NCBI GenBank assembly: GCA_030390025.1
Contig: JASTWF010000033.1
Location: 1,738,001 to 1,802,000 of the forward strand
DNA from: Squalus acanthias
Taxonomy: Eukaryota
Direction of reading: 5' to 3'
DNA length: 64,000 nt
The translations under genes were made by a program, and so were the position numbers. The notes beneath the pieces are model-generated. The model saw only the letters and a program-made list of their open reading frames with translations. It did not search any database and had not been told where the DNA came from. Numbering within the stretch: the first letter of the stretch is position 1; every line of letters starts with the position of its first letter. Below are positions 14,505-25,929 of this stretch, piece by piece.

Positions 14505-15050
14505 GTAAGTGGTCCCTGGAATTGGTGTAACAGTGTAAGTGGTCCCTGGATTTCGTGTCACACTGTAAGTGGGCCCTGGATTTGGTGTCTCAATGTAAGT
14601 GGTCCCTGGAATTGGTGTCACAGTGCAAATACTCCCTGGATTTGGTGTCACAATGTAAGTGGTCCCTACATTTGGTGTCACAGTGTAAGTGGTCCTAAGA
14701 TTTGGTGTCACATTGTAAGTGATCCCTGGATCTGGTGTCACAGTGTAACTGCTCCCTGGAATTGGTGTAACAGTGTAAGTGATCCCTGGATCTGGTGTCA
14801 CAGTGTAACTGCTCCCTGGAATTTGTGTAACAGTGTAAGTGGTCCCTGGATTTGGTGTCTCAGTGTAATTGGTCCCTGGATTTGGTGTCTGGGTGTAAGT
14901 GGTCCCTGGTTTTCATGTCACACTGTAAGTGGTTCCTGAATTTGGTGTCTGTGTAATTGGTCCCTGGATTTCATGTCTCATTGTAAGTGGTGCTTGGATT
15001 TGGAGCCACAGTGTTACTGTTCCTGGATTTGGTGTCTCAATGTAAGTGAC
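14505..15050. repeat. 30-bp minisatellite (cagtgtaagtggtccctggatttggtgtca)n
   Basis: Direct tandem periodicity; 10-aa period TPNPGTTYTV in ORF 14370-14801. Confidence 0.92.
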
Positions 15051-15519
15051 CCCCACACAGAGGGGGTTCCTACATGTGGCAGCCCATCTGGTGAGGCCCG
15101 CTGGTTCCGGATATAAAGAGAAAGCATGCTGTTCCTCCTCCCACTGCCTGGGGGAATGGGGCAGATATTTAAAGGGACAGGGACTCCCCTTTCTCTGTCT
15201 ATTTATATTTAAAGGGACAGACCCATTTATCTTGGAGTGTCGGCGGACTTCACTAACAGAGCTCCCATGAACAGTCGCTCCCTTCTGTACTGTGCAGTGA
15301 TTGTAAACCTGTCTGTTTCTGTGACTTGAGCCTTTCTAAAATGTCTCACTATTTTTGATGATCCATTTGACTTGCTCGTTTAATTTGGAAAGACTTCAGA
15401 ATTTTACAGTGTGAGGAAGGTTTCCTTTAAAGGTGGAGCAACATTTCTTTCAGAATGTTCTCTTCTAACCCTTCCCACCTCCACATTGGCCTCGCCCCAC
15501 CACCACCCCCACTTTAAAA

Positions 15520-15870
15520 CACTCGGCACTACTGACTGGGAAGGTCCAAAGTGCAGTCCTTGATCTGGGCTGTTAGTTGATCTCAGCCACGGCAACAGTT
15601 CAGGGGCCAGAATTGGCCTCAGCACCACTGGGCTAAATAAGAGTAAAAATTAGCCACTGCCCCCTGCTCTCGATGGAGATCCAGTCACATCAACTGGGAA
15701 GTGTATGGATGTCAATTGAGGGCAGGATTGGACTCGGCTGTGATGCCTACCACAGGGGAAATGCTGCTGACACTCACTGAGTCGGCTGACGGTGAGGCAC
15801 TAGAGGTTAACTAATGTATGTGGAATTTCACCCAGCCAGATTCAGCCCCTTCTGGAGAGAAGGGGAGAAA
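15520..15870 (+). mobile_element. Degenerate SINE-like element
   Basis: Segments (gatctcagcc...aattggcctcagc; caggattggactcggctgtgatgcc...gacactcactg; cccagccagattcagccccttctggagag) resemble a shark SINE from recall. Family not verified. Confidence 0.45.
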
Positions 15871-16090
15871 CAAAATCCCAGCCAGTGCAATGAATGTTGA
15901 TTTTAGACAGTAAGGATGGAGGCAGAGTTTGTAGAATGGGGAATTTACAGCTTAGGAGGGGCAGGAGAGGACAGAACGTTCTATAGGAACTACAATTGTG
16001 TGTTCTGACATTCTATCCTGCACTTAAAGTAACAACATTTGTAAAGGCTCCAGTGAGTTCACAGGTGACTGCAGGGGTTTGGATTCTGTT
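15870..16090 (+). pseudogene. Remnant of a ZNF module (intron segment fused to the terminal 'gagttcacaggtgactgcagggggttggattctg'; finger array deleted)
   Basis: Homologous to the intron at 17220-17350 and to the ZNF stop/3' UTR junction; inverted homologue at 26310-26520. Confidence 0.6.
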
Positions 16091-16094
16091 CACG

Positions 16095-16510
16095 GGGGAG
16101 AATGTGTCCCATTCATAATGGAGGAGCCCAGTGCGCAGGCGCAGTTCCCGCCTGTATTTGGAGCATGCGCAGTGTCACTGTGATCAGAGCCGGGCGAGTG
16201 CGGAAGCGCTGAAAGGTCGGAGTCGCGATTTTTGCGCCGATTACGAATCAGCGGGGCGCAGGGAGGTAACGTACCCGGTGGGTGGGCTTCATAAACACCT
16301 GGTGTAGGCCGCAAGCCCCGAATGAGAACCTACGGGTTCCCCGTTTGCAGCTCCGAGGCTTTTTCCCGGGAAAAGGCCCAGGTTAACGGCGGCCATCTTT
16401 GTAAAGAAAGGCTGAGGTTTTGTTCGTCTCCCTCTTGTTTCATCGAGCAGTACCGCGCATGCGCCGCCATCTTTGTAAAGGGACCAATAGTGGGCGGGGC
16501 TTCAGGGTCC
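16095..16510 (+). promoter_or_regulatory. CpG-rich promoter/first exon of ZNF-B (NRF1, YY1, CCAAT, GC box)
   Basis: tgcgcaggcgca at 16132, gcatgcgca at 16163, gccatcttt at about 16392 and 16466, ccaat and gggcgggg at 16484-16499. Confidence 0.7.
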
Positions 16511-17163
16511 CAGTGAGTGAACTGAACCCAGCCAGAGTCAGCACCTTCAGGGGTGGAGAGGGAGGGGAACCAGTGAATGTAGAACTGAACCCAGCCAGAG
16601 TCAGCACCTTCAGGGGTGGAGAGGGAGGGGAACCAGTGAGTGCAGAACTGAACCCAGCCAGAGTCAGCACCTTCAGGGGTGGAGAGGGAGGGGAACCAGT
16701 GAGTGCAGAACTGAACCCAGCCAGAGTCAGCACCTTCAGGGGAGGAGAGGGAGGGGAACCAGTGAGTGCAGAACTGAACCCAGCCAGAGTCAGCACCTTC
16801 AGGGGAGGAGAGGGAGGGGAACCAGTGAGTGAACTAAACCCAGCCAGAGTCAGCACCTTCAGGGGAGGAGAGGGAGGGGAACCAGTGAGTGTAGAACTGA
16901 ACCCAGCCATAGTCAGCACCTTCAGGGGAAGAGAGGGAGGGGAACCAGTGAGTGTAGAACTGAACCCAGCCAGAGTCAGCACCTTCAGGGGAGGAGAGAG
17001 AGGAACTAGTGAGTGTAGAACTGAACCCAGCCATAGTCAGCACCTTCAGGGGAGGAGAGGGAGGGGAACCAGTGAGTGTAGAAAGGAACCCAGCCAGAGT
17101 CAGCACCTTCAGGGGAGGAGAGGGAGGGGAACCAGTGAGTGTCAAACTGAACCCAGCCAGAGT
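16511..17163 (+). repeat. 63-bp minisatellite upstream of ZNF-B (about 10 units)
   Basis: 21-aa period VSVELNPARVSTFRGGEGGEP in ORF 16420-17202. Confidence 0.95.
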
Positions 17164-17366
17164 TGGTGGTTAAAACTGGAAGTGGAGAACAAACTGTCTT
17201 GAGACGTGCGATGTTTTTGGATTTTAGCACAGGGAGGAGAGACATTGTGTGGGATGGGGATTTGGAGGCACAAGAGAGGAAAGAATGTTCCATAGAAACT
17301 AGAATTGTCTGTTCTGAATTTCTGTCCTCTACTTACAGTGATGAGTTTTGTAAACTCTTTTTACAG

Positions 17367-18320
17367 GGTATTAGAAGGGGAGGATTTGAAGAAGGGAAAC
17401 ACAAACCAAACATCACGTCAAGATCTGACAGAGTCACTCGATTCATCAGGAACTGAATATCATCGGCCTTTGAATGTGGAAGGAGAAATGTTTGTTCTGT
17501 CTGTGGGAAAAGATTTCAAACATCAGTGTGACTGGAAAAGCACCGAGACACACACACCCGAGTGAGAGTGTTCCAGTGCACTGGCTGTGGAAAGAGCTTT
17601 AACCAGTTACACAGCCTGAAAAAACATCGCACCATTCACAGCGGGGAGAAACCGGACACGTGTTCTGTGTGTGGACACGGCTTCAACTGATCATCCAACC
17701 TGGAGAGACACAAGGACACCCGCATCACGGAGAAACCGTGGAAATGTGGGGACTGTTGGAAGGGATTCAATTACCCGTGTGAGCTGGAAATTCATCATCG
17801 CACTCACACTGGGGAGAGGCCATTCACCTGCTCTGAGTGTGGGAAGGGATTCACCCGTTCATCCCACCTCCTGAGACACCAGCGAGTTCACACTGGGGAG
17901 AGACCGTTCGCCTGCTCCGTGTGTGGGAAGGGATTCACTCAGTCACCCGATCTGCTGATTCACCAGCGAGTTCACACTGGGGAGAGGCCGTTCACCTGCT
18001 CCGAGTGTGGGAAGGAATTCACTAATTCATCCAACCTGCTGACACACCAGCGACTTCACACTGGGGAGAGGCCGTTCACCTGCTCTGAGTGTGGGAAGCG
18101 ATTCTCTCGTTCATCCAGCCTGCTGAGACACCAGCGAGTTCACACTGGAGAAAGGCCATTCACCTGCTCGGAGTGTGGGAAGGGATTCACTCGGTCATCC
18201 TACCTGCTGACACACCAGCAAGTTCACACTGGGGAGAGGCTGTTCACCTGCTCCGAGTGTGGGAAGCGATTCTCTCGTTCATCCTACCTGCTGAGACACC
18301 AGCGAGTTCACAAAAGTTGA
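17367..18320 (+). CDS. C2H2 zinc-finger exon ZNF-B; open 7-finger frame 17727-18320 lacking an ATG (gene or pseudogene)
   Basis: Acceptor ttttacAG ends at 17366; TGA at 17688. The frame is open from ACG 17727 (EKPWKCGDC...) through seven fingers to TGA 18320. The normal 3' UTR is replaced by an LTR element. Confidence 0.75.
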
Positions 18321-18679
18321 CATTTAGTGACTGTTTTCTGATCAAACTGGAGCAGGCATTGCCTAATATGGTCGTCTCTGGCTCCTGCATAGTCCAGAGA
18401 CACACGTCCACATCAACAACACACAGATAAACATCGTGGCCTTGGTATGGTGAGCAGAAACCACTAGTTCTGGACTTTCCTTATCCTAACATCAGATTTC
18501 TAATCCAAACATTCTGTTGTGAATATCGAAGGCTGGTTGGTCACAAAACACCAGCTGTTGCTCAGTGAAATCTCTCTCTCTCTCTAATGATACGAACCAC
18601 ATTTTCCCCGATATCGAATGAATTAAACATGAACCCCTTTCAGAAGCTGAATTAACCGGGGTCCATATGCCAACATGTC

Positions 18680-19662
18680 CCACTGTTTTTGCTTTTTATG
18701 TGTTCTGTTACCTCTTGTTTTAGCACCGATATGCCTGTTTCTCGTTGGAATCAAACAAAAGTGATGTTCTAGTGTGGGGCATCGGGGTGAACCCACAGTC
18801 ATATCAGTGGCAGTCGTAGTCACACAATCCTGTCCTTTTCCTTTATACACGCTATTAGTTTGGTCTTCGCCCCATTTACTTATTCCAATCTGGCATTTTG
18901 GTGATTCTTTGTCGAGGGTGAACCCACAAGCTGGAACAGTCTGTTGATGGACTACGTCACATCTACAAACCCATGTTGTCCCTTTCAGAGTTCAACACTG
19001 CAGATCTGGTGCTATCCAAGTTCCCCCCTTCTTAATCAGATATCTTGTCTGTTCCTCATTCTGTTTATGGATCGGACCAAACTCAGAGTCTTCCACCATT
19101 CCAACCCATTCTACCCGATACACCTTCCAAGGTTTCGTTTCATTTCCATTTCTCCTTCACAAAGACAAGACCAATCCCACTGGTCTAATATCTTCATTTC
19201 AATCCCCTTCCCTCGGGGCCAATAACACCATTCCCATTTGCTGCCTCACATCATAGTCTCTGTCTTGGTTCCTTTAAACCATTTTCTCTGTTGTTCTTCA
19301 TGAATAAACAAAGGGATTTGATGACCCTCGATGTTGTCCAGTCCCTTCTGGACCACATTCATCACAAATGTCACACAGAGGCTGCACACGATGCCTCGAG
19401 TAAGGCCTTGATTCTGGTTAGCCTCATTGTTTTGACAATAATCTGTTTAATTGCCTCTTCATTACCCCATCGTCTTCCCACATACTTTATCTATTCTGTT
19501 TACTCCTGCTAACCTTGCTGTGGCTCCTATTCCCAGATATCCTGTCAGCTCTCGCTTTCTTTGCGATTTAAACGGATTCTCCTTGTGTTCCCCATCTTCC
19601 TCATCCCTTAGTTCCTGTTTTCTATTCTTTACTAACACATCCTTTAATAATTCTCCGACCAT
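18680..19662 (-). pseudogene. env-like (class I fusion glycoprotein) pseudogene fragment
   Basis: QRKR|ELTGYLGIGATARLAGVNRID in ORF 19462-19662. Manual translation from 19018 gives WIAPDLQC*TLKGTTWVCRCDVVHQQTVPACGFTLDKESPKCQI...YKGKGQDCVTTT...RCPTLEHHFCLIP. Confidence 0.6.
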
Positions 19663-19932
19663 GTTGTCTATTCATTGTGAATCTCTCCCTTCACATAATC
19701 TAGATGACAGATTCAAGCTCATGATTAACTCTTTCCATTTCAATTAACAATTTCAAAACACACATCGTTCTATAATACATTTCCTGATTCAATTACTTCT
19801 AGTCCATATCATCAATTTTAATTTCACAAACAAATTATGCCCAGACTTTGTGATTTTACAAAGAAGACAAAAGTAACAATTGCGTTTGGATGCGAGTCAT
19901 TTATCCTCCCCTTCGAGCAATGTGTCTTGGAA

Positions 19933-20549
19933 AATAGGATTACACAGGATATACGGCACAGAAACAGGCCATTCGGCCCAACCAGTCCATGCCGGCGTTT
20001 ATGTTCCACTCGAGCCTCCTCCCGTCTTTCCCCATCTAACTATCAGCATAACCCTCTATTCCCTTCTCCCTCATATGCTTGTCTAGCCTCCCCTTAAATG
20101 CATCGATACTATTCGCTTCAACCACTCCCTGTGGTAGCGAGTTCCACATTCTCCCCACTCTCTGGGTAAAGAAGTTTCTCCTGAATTCCCTATTGGATTT
20201 CTTGGTGACTATCTTATATTGATGGCCTCTAGTTATGCTCTTCCCCACAAGTGGAAACACTCTCTCTGTATCTACTCTATCAAAACCTTTCATAATTTTA
20301 AAGACCTCTATTAGGTCACCCCTCAGCCTTCTTTTTTCAAGAGAAAAGAGACCCAGCCTGTCCATCCTTTCCTGACAGGTATACCCTCTCATTTCTGGTA
20401 TCATCCTTGTAAATCTTCTCTGCACCCTCTCCAGTGCCTCTATATCCTTTTTATAATATGGCGACCAGAATTGTACGCAGTGCTCCAAGTGTGGTCTAAC
20501 CAAGGTTCGATACAAGTTTAGCATAACTTCACTACTTTTCCATTCTATA
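19933..20549 (-). mobile_element. 5'-truncated CR1 LINE (3' end) nested in the LTR element
   Basis: ORF 20036-20524 (LVRPHLEHCVQFWSP...RGDLIEVFK...WNSLP) followed by a CR1-type 3' UTR hairpin and tail. Confidence 0.92.
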
Positions 20550-21852
20550 ACAATTCAATTCTATCACAATCGATCCCAATAATTGAACCCAATAGGTTAA
20601 AGTCTTAAGTCCAATTTTGTCAGCACGCTGCGACATTCGATGTCTGCAGATAACGGGAGATAAATTCTTAAAACTGCTGGATCTCTTGCTCTGCCATCAA
20701 CCTCTTATCAAACTGGAGCTGGCATTGCCTAATATGGTCGTCTCTGGCTACTGCACAGTCCAGAGACACAAGTCTGCATTTTCTTCAACACACATCAACA
20801 ACGTTAGAAGCAGGTAAAAACACTGTGGCCTTCCTGGGGCAGCACAAACCACTAGTCTCCAGACTTTCCTTATCCCAACATCATATTTCTGATCGAAACA
20901 TTCTATGATGAAAATATCCAAGGCCAGTTGGTTGCAAACACCAGCTGTTGCTCAGTGAAATCTCTCTCTCTCTCTAATGATACCAACCACATTTTCCCCG
21001 ATATCAAATGAACTAAACATGAACACCTTTCAGAAGCTGAATTAACCGAGGTCCATATGCCAACACCCCTCTCATCTTCCATTCACTTCAATTGAAAGGA
21101 AACCGACAGATTGGACCAGTCAGGATTTGAAAGATATTTACAACAGATTCTAGATGTTCTTAGAGTTGGGATCTTTCTCTATTCTGTCCACTCGAGGAGT
21201 TAGATAACAGACTTTCTCCTGTGAATATAGAGCTGGGGTATTGGGCCGTGATGTGTTCACTTGTTCATCTTGTTGACTCTAAACCTTTGCCAATTATTTG
21301 ATGTGATCTGTTTACTTGTACGTATTGTTTTAAATACACTTGCTGAGTGGATTCAAATTGAAATTGAAAGCAGGTTTGCAGGCGTGATGCTCTATTCACA
21401 CATCGAAGGTGAGAGAGATGCTGTGGGACACACGCTAAGTCCAGTAGCTGAAAGTGATTAACAGACTGGGTTTTGTGTTTAGTGATCCCGGGCGTGTTAC
21501 CGAGACCTTCCCTGGATACCAAGGCTAGGAGAGGCACTCTGGAAGGTATGGGGAGCTGGGACTTGTCCATGAGAGTAACCGAAGGTATGAGAACTGAAAT
21601 AATCTCGAGTTAGAAAGGAGAAAAGGCCCAAAAACGGAGCAGTTGGTAACAGGACATCAATTAGTCTCATCTTATCTTGGAGACATCAAATATCAACCCT
21701 CTGTGTTATTTGAAATATCAAAATATTAAACTCCAGCCCAGTTATAGGGGTTATTAACATCAGCAGAAATAAACCCCAACTGTCAGAATGAACATGGTTC
21801 AGTCCTGGATGTGATTAACAGCAGCAATAACAGCAGAATCCAACCCCTGCCG

Positions 21853-22718
21853 TCACTTGTGAACTCGCTGGTGTCTCAGCAGGTCGGATGACCGAGTGAA
21901 TCCCTTCCCACACTCAGAGCAGGTGAATGGCTTCTCTCCAGTGTGAACTTGCTGGTGTTTCAGCAGGTGGTATGACTGAGTGAATCTCTTCCCACACTCA
22001 GAGCAGGTGAACGGTCTCTCCTCAGTGTGAACTCTCTGGTGAGTTACAACCTGAGATGAACAAGTGAATCCCTTCCCACACATGGAGCAGGTGAACGGCC
22101 TCTCCCCAGTGTGAACTCGCTGGTGTGTCAGCAGGTCGGATGACCGAGTGAATCCCTTCCCACACACGGAGCAAGTGAACGGTCTCTCCCCAGTGTGAAT
22201 TTGCTGGTGTGTCAGCATATTGGATGACCGAGTGAATCCCTTCCCACACACGGAGCAGGTGAACGGCCTTTCCCCAGTGTGAGTGCGATGATGAATTTCC
22301 AGCTCAGATGGGGAATTGAATCCCTTCCCACAGTCCCCACATTTCCCTGGTTTCTCCGTGGTGCGGGTGTCCTTGTGTCTCTCCAGGTTGGACGATCAGT
22401 TGAAGCCTTGTCCACACACAGAACACGTGTACGGTTTCTCCCCGCTGTGAATGGTGCGGTGTTTTTTCAGACTGTGTAACTGGTTAAAGCTCTTTCCACA
22501 GTCAGTGCACTGGAACACTCTCACTCGGGTGTGTGTGTCTCGGTGCTTTTCCAGTCACACTGATGTTTGAAATCTGTTCCCACAGACAGAACAGACAAAC
22601 ATTTCTCCTTCCACATTCAGAGGCCGATGATATTCAGTTCCTGATGAATCGAGTGACTCTGTCAGATCTTCATGTTTGGTTTGAGTTTCCCGTCTGCAAA
22701 TCCTCCCCTTCTAATACC
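21853..22718 (-). CDS. C2H2 zinc-finger exon ZNF-C; open 6-finger frame from ACG 22359 to 21853 (gene or pseudogene)
   Basis: Acceptor at 22719-22720, shared TGA at 22396-22398, ORF 21853-22251 with HTGERPFTC linkers; inverted paralogue of ZNF-B. Confidence 0.75.
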
Positions 22719-22930
22719 CTGTAAAAGGAGTTTACAAAACTCATCACTGTAAGTACAGGACAGAAATTCAGAACAGACAATTCTAGTTTCTATGGAACAT
22801 TATTTCCTCTCTTGTTCCTCCAAAGCTGTAAATCCCCGTCCCACACATTGTCCCTCCTCCCTGTGCTGAAATCCAAACAAATCGCACGTCTCAAGACAGT
22901 TTTTCGTACTCTCCCTGTTTTCACCACCAA

Positions 22931-23648
22931 CTCTGGCTGGGTTCAGTTCTACACTCACTGGTTCCCCTCCCTCTCCTCCCCTGAAGGTGCTGACTCTGGC
23001 TGGGTTCAGTTCCACACTCACTGGTTCCCCTCCCTCTCCTCCCCTGAAGGTGCTGACTCTGGCAGGGGTTCAGTTCTACACTCACTGGTTCCCCTCCCTC
23101 TCCTCCCCTGAAGGTGCTGACTCTGGCTGGGTTCAGTTCCACACTCACTGGTTCCCCTCCCTCTCCTCCCCTGAAGGTGCTGACTCTGGCTGGGTTCAGT
23201 TCACTCACTGGTTCCCCTCCCTCTCCTCCCCTGAAGGTGCTGACTCTGGCTGGGTTCAGTTCCACACTCACTGGTTCCCCTCCCTCTCCTCCCCTGAAGG
23301 TGCTGACTCTGGCTGGGTTCAGTTCTACACTCACTGGTTCCCCTCCCTCTCCTCCCCTGAAGGTGCTGACTCTGGCTGGGTTCAGTTCTACACTCACTGG
23401 TTCCCCTCCCTCTCCTCCCCTGAAGGTGCTGACTCTGGCTGGGTTCAGTTCTACACTCACTGGTTCCCCTCCCTCTCCTCCCCTGAAGGTGCTGACTCTG
23501 GCTGGGTTCAGTTCTACACTCACTGGTTCCCCTCCCTCTCCTCCCCTGAAGGTGCTGACTCTGGCTGGGTTCAGTTCTACACTCACTGGTTCCCCTCCCT
23601 CTCCTCCCCTGAAGGTGCTGACTCTGGCTGGGTTCAGTTCACTCACTG
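22931..23648 (-). repeat. 63-bp minisatellite upstream of ZNF-C (about 11 units)
   Basis: Same unit as the other three arrays. Confidence 0.95.
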
Positions 23649-23649
23649 G

Positions 23650-24130
23650 GACCTTGAAGCCCCGCCCACTAGTGGTTCCTTTTTTCCAGTTCTGACGAAA
23701 GGTCATCGACCTGAAACGTTAACTCTGTTTCTCTCTTCACAGATGCTGCCTGACCTGCTGAGTTTCTCCAGCATTTTGTTATTATTCCTTTACAAAGATG
23801 GCCGCGCACAAACCCGCCGCTGCCCTTTGCAAAGATGGCGACCGTTAACCTGAGCCTGTTCCTGGGAAAAACCCTCTGAGCTGGAAACGCGGAACCTGTA
23901 GGTTCTCATTTCGGGCTTGCGGCCTACACCAAATGTTTATGAAATCCGCCCGCCGGGCGCTTTACCTTCCTGCGCCCCGCTGATTCGTAATCGGCGTAAA
24001 TCGCATCTGCAGTTTTTTCTTTTGATCGCCCTCGCCGTCCCGGATCACAATGACACTGCGCATGCTCCAAATACAGGCAGGCGCTGCGCCTGCGCACTGG
24101 GCTCCTCCAGTGTGAATGGGGCACATTCCA
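23650..24130 (-). promoter_or_regulatory. CpG-rich promoter/first exon of ZNF-C (YY1, NRF1, GC box)
   Basis: aagatggc at about 23795 and 23832, tgcgcatgc at 24057, tgcgcctgcgca at 24085; inverted homologue of 16095-16510. Confidence 0.7.
23683..23784 (+). mobile_element. Short Penelope-like element fragment containing a minimal hammerhead ribozyme motif
   Basis: Absent from paralogous promoters and flanked by a ttccttt duplication (23676-23682, 23785-23791). Contains agtt-CTGACGA-a-aggtc-atc-gacct-GAAA-cgtt-aact. Confidence 0.8.
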
Positions 24131-24174
24131 CAGACAGAGCAGTGAATGGATTCTCCCCCTTACCAATATGTTAG

Positions 24175-25929
24175 ATGGCAGATCAATTGAACAAGTACTT
24201 TGGTTCGGTGTTTACTGTGGAGGACACACACAACCTGCCGGAAATAAAAGGGGTCAGAGGATCTGGTAAGAGGGAGGAGCTGAGGGAAATCCTTATTAGT
24301 CGGGAAAAGGTATTGGGGAAATTGATGGGACTGAAGGCTGAAAAATCCCCGGGGCCTGATGGTCTGCATCCCAGAGTACTTAAGGAGGTGGCCTTGGAAA
24401 TAGTGGATGCATTGACGATCATTTTCCAACATTCCTTAGACTCTGGATCAGTTCCGATGGAGTGGAGGGTGGCCAATGTAACCCCTCTTTTTAAAAAAGG
24501 AGGGAGGGAGAAAGCAGGGAATTATAGACCGGTCAGCCTGACATCGGTCGTGGGTAAAATGATGGAAGCAATTATTAAAGATGTCATAACAGACCATTTG
24601 GAAAGTGGCGACATGATAGGTCCAAGTCAGCATGGATTTGTGAAAGGGAAATCATGCTTGACAAATCTTCTGGAATTTTTTGAGGATGTTTCCAATAGGG
24701 TGGACAGGGGGGAACCAGTAGATGTGGTGTATTTGGACTTTCAGAAGGCCTTCGACAAGGTCCCACACAAGAGATTGGTGAGCAAAGTTAAAGCACATGG
24801 GATTGGGGGTAATGTGTTGACGTGGATTGAGAACTGGTTGGCACACAGGAAACAAAGAGTAGGAGTAAATGGGTACTTTTCAGAATGGCAGGCAGTGACC
24901 AGCGGGGTACCGCAGGGTTCGGTGCTGGGACCCCAGCTGTTTACATTATATATTAATGATTTGGACGAAGGGATTAAATGTAATATCTCCAAATTTGCGG
25001 ATGACACTAAATTGGGAGGCAGTGTGAACAATGAGGAGGATGCTAGGAGGCTACAGAGTGACTTGGACAGGTTGGGTGAATGGGCAAATGTATGGCAGAT
25101 GAAGTACAATGTGGATAAATGTGAGGTTATCCACTTTGGTGGTAAAAATAGAGAGGCGGACTATTACCTGAATGGTGGCAGATTAGGGAAAGGGGAGGTG
25201 CAACGAGACCTGGGCGTCATGGTACATCAGTCACTGAAGGTGGGAATGCAAGTGCAGCAGGCAGTCAAGAAAGCAAACGGAATGATGGCCTTCATAGTAA
25301 GGGGATTTGAGTACAGGAGTAGGGAGGTGATGCTGCAGTTGTACAGGGCCTTGGTGAGGCCACACCTGGAGTATTGTGCGCAGTTTTGGTCTCCTAACTT
25401 AAGGAAGGACATTCTTGCTATTGAGGGAGTGCAGCGAAGGTTCACTAGATTGATTCCTGGGATGGCCGGACTGACATATCAAGAAAGATTGGGTCAACTG
25501 AACTTGTATCCTCTGGAGTTCAGAAGAATGAGGGGGGATCTTATAGAGACATTTAAAATCCTGACTGGTTTAGACAAATTAGATGCGGGCAGAATGTTCC
25601 CAATGTTAGGGAAAACTAGAACCAGGGGTCACAGACTAAGGATTAAGGGGAAGCCATTTAAGACTGAGCTGAGGAGCAACTTCTTCACCCAGAGAGTGGT
25701 GAATCTATGGAATTCTCTTCCACAGAAGGTTGTTGAGGCCAGTTCACTAAATATATTCAAAAGGGAGTTAGATATAACACTCACAACTAGGGGGATCAAG
25801 GGGTATGGCGAGAAAGCAGGAATGGGGTACTGAGGTAGCATGTTCAGCCATGAACGCATTGAATGGCGGTGCAGGCTCGAAGGACCGAATGGTCTACTCC
25901 TGTACCTATTTTCTATGTTTCTATGTTAG
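24175..25929 (+). mobile_element. Young 5'-truncated CR1 LINE with an uninterrupted 552-aa RT frame
   Basis: ORF 24175-25833 has all RT motifs (QGSVLGP, FADD) and no stops. Tail (ttctatgt)n; tatgttag is duplicated at 24167-24174 and 25922-25929. Confidence 0.97.

Larger units (their letters stand above)
18339..21065 (-). mobile_element. Decayed LTR retroelement/ERV with two LTR-like direct repeats (18339-18675, 20705-21065) and an env-like internal remnant
   Basis: Direct repeats of about 340-360 bp read TGTTGGCATATGG...CCAGTTTGAT(C/A)A on the minus strand. The internal region encodes a furin-like site, a fusion-peptide-like stretch and a Cys-rich segment. No TSD found. Confidence 0.7.

Noticed and set aside
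14370..14801. Mucin-like Thr/Pro ORF
   Set aside because: 30-bp minisatellite fused to an unrelated element; no signal peptide or splice context identified.
15050..15340. Possible solo LTR (TATAAA, short direct repeats)
   Set aside because: No defined termini, TSD or second copy in the window.
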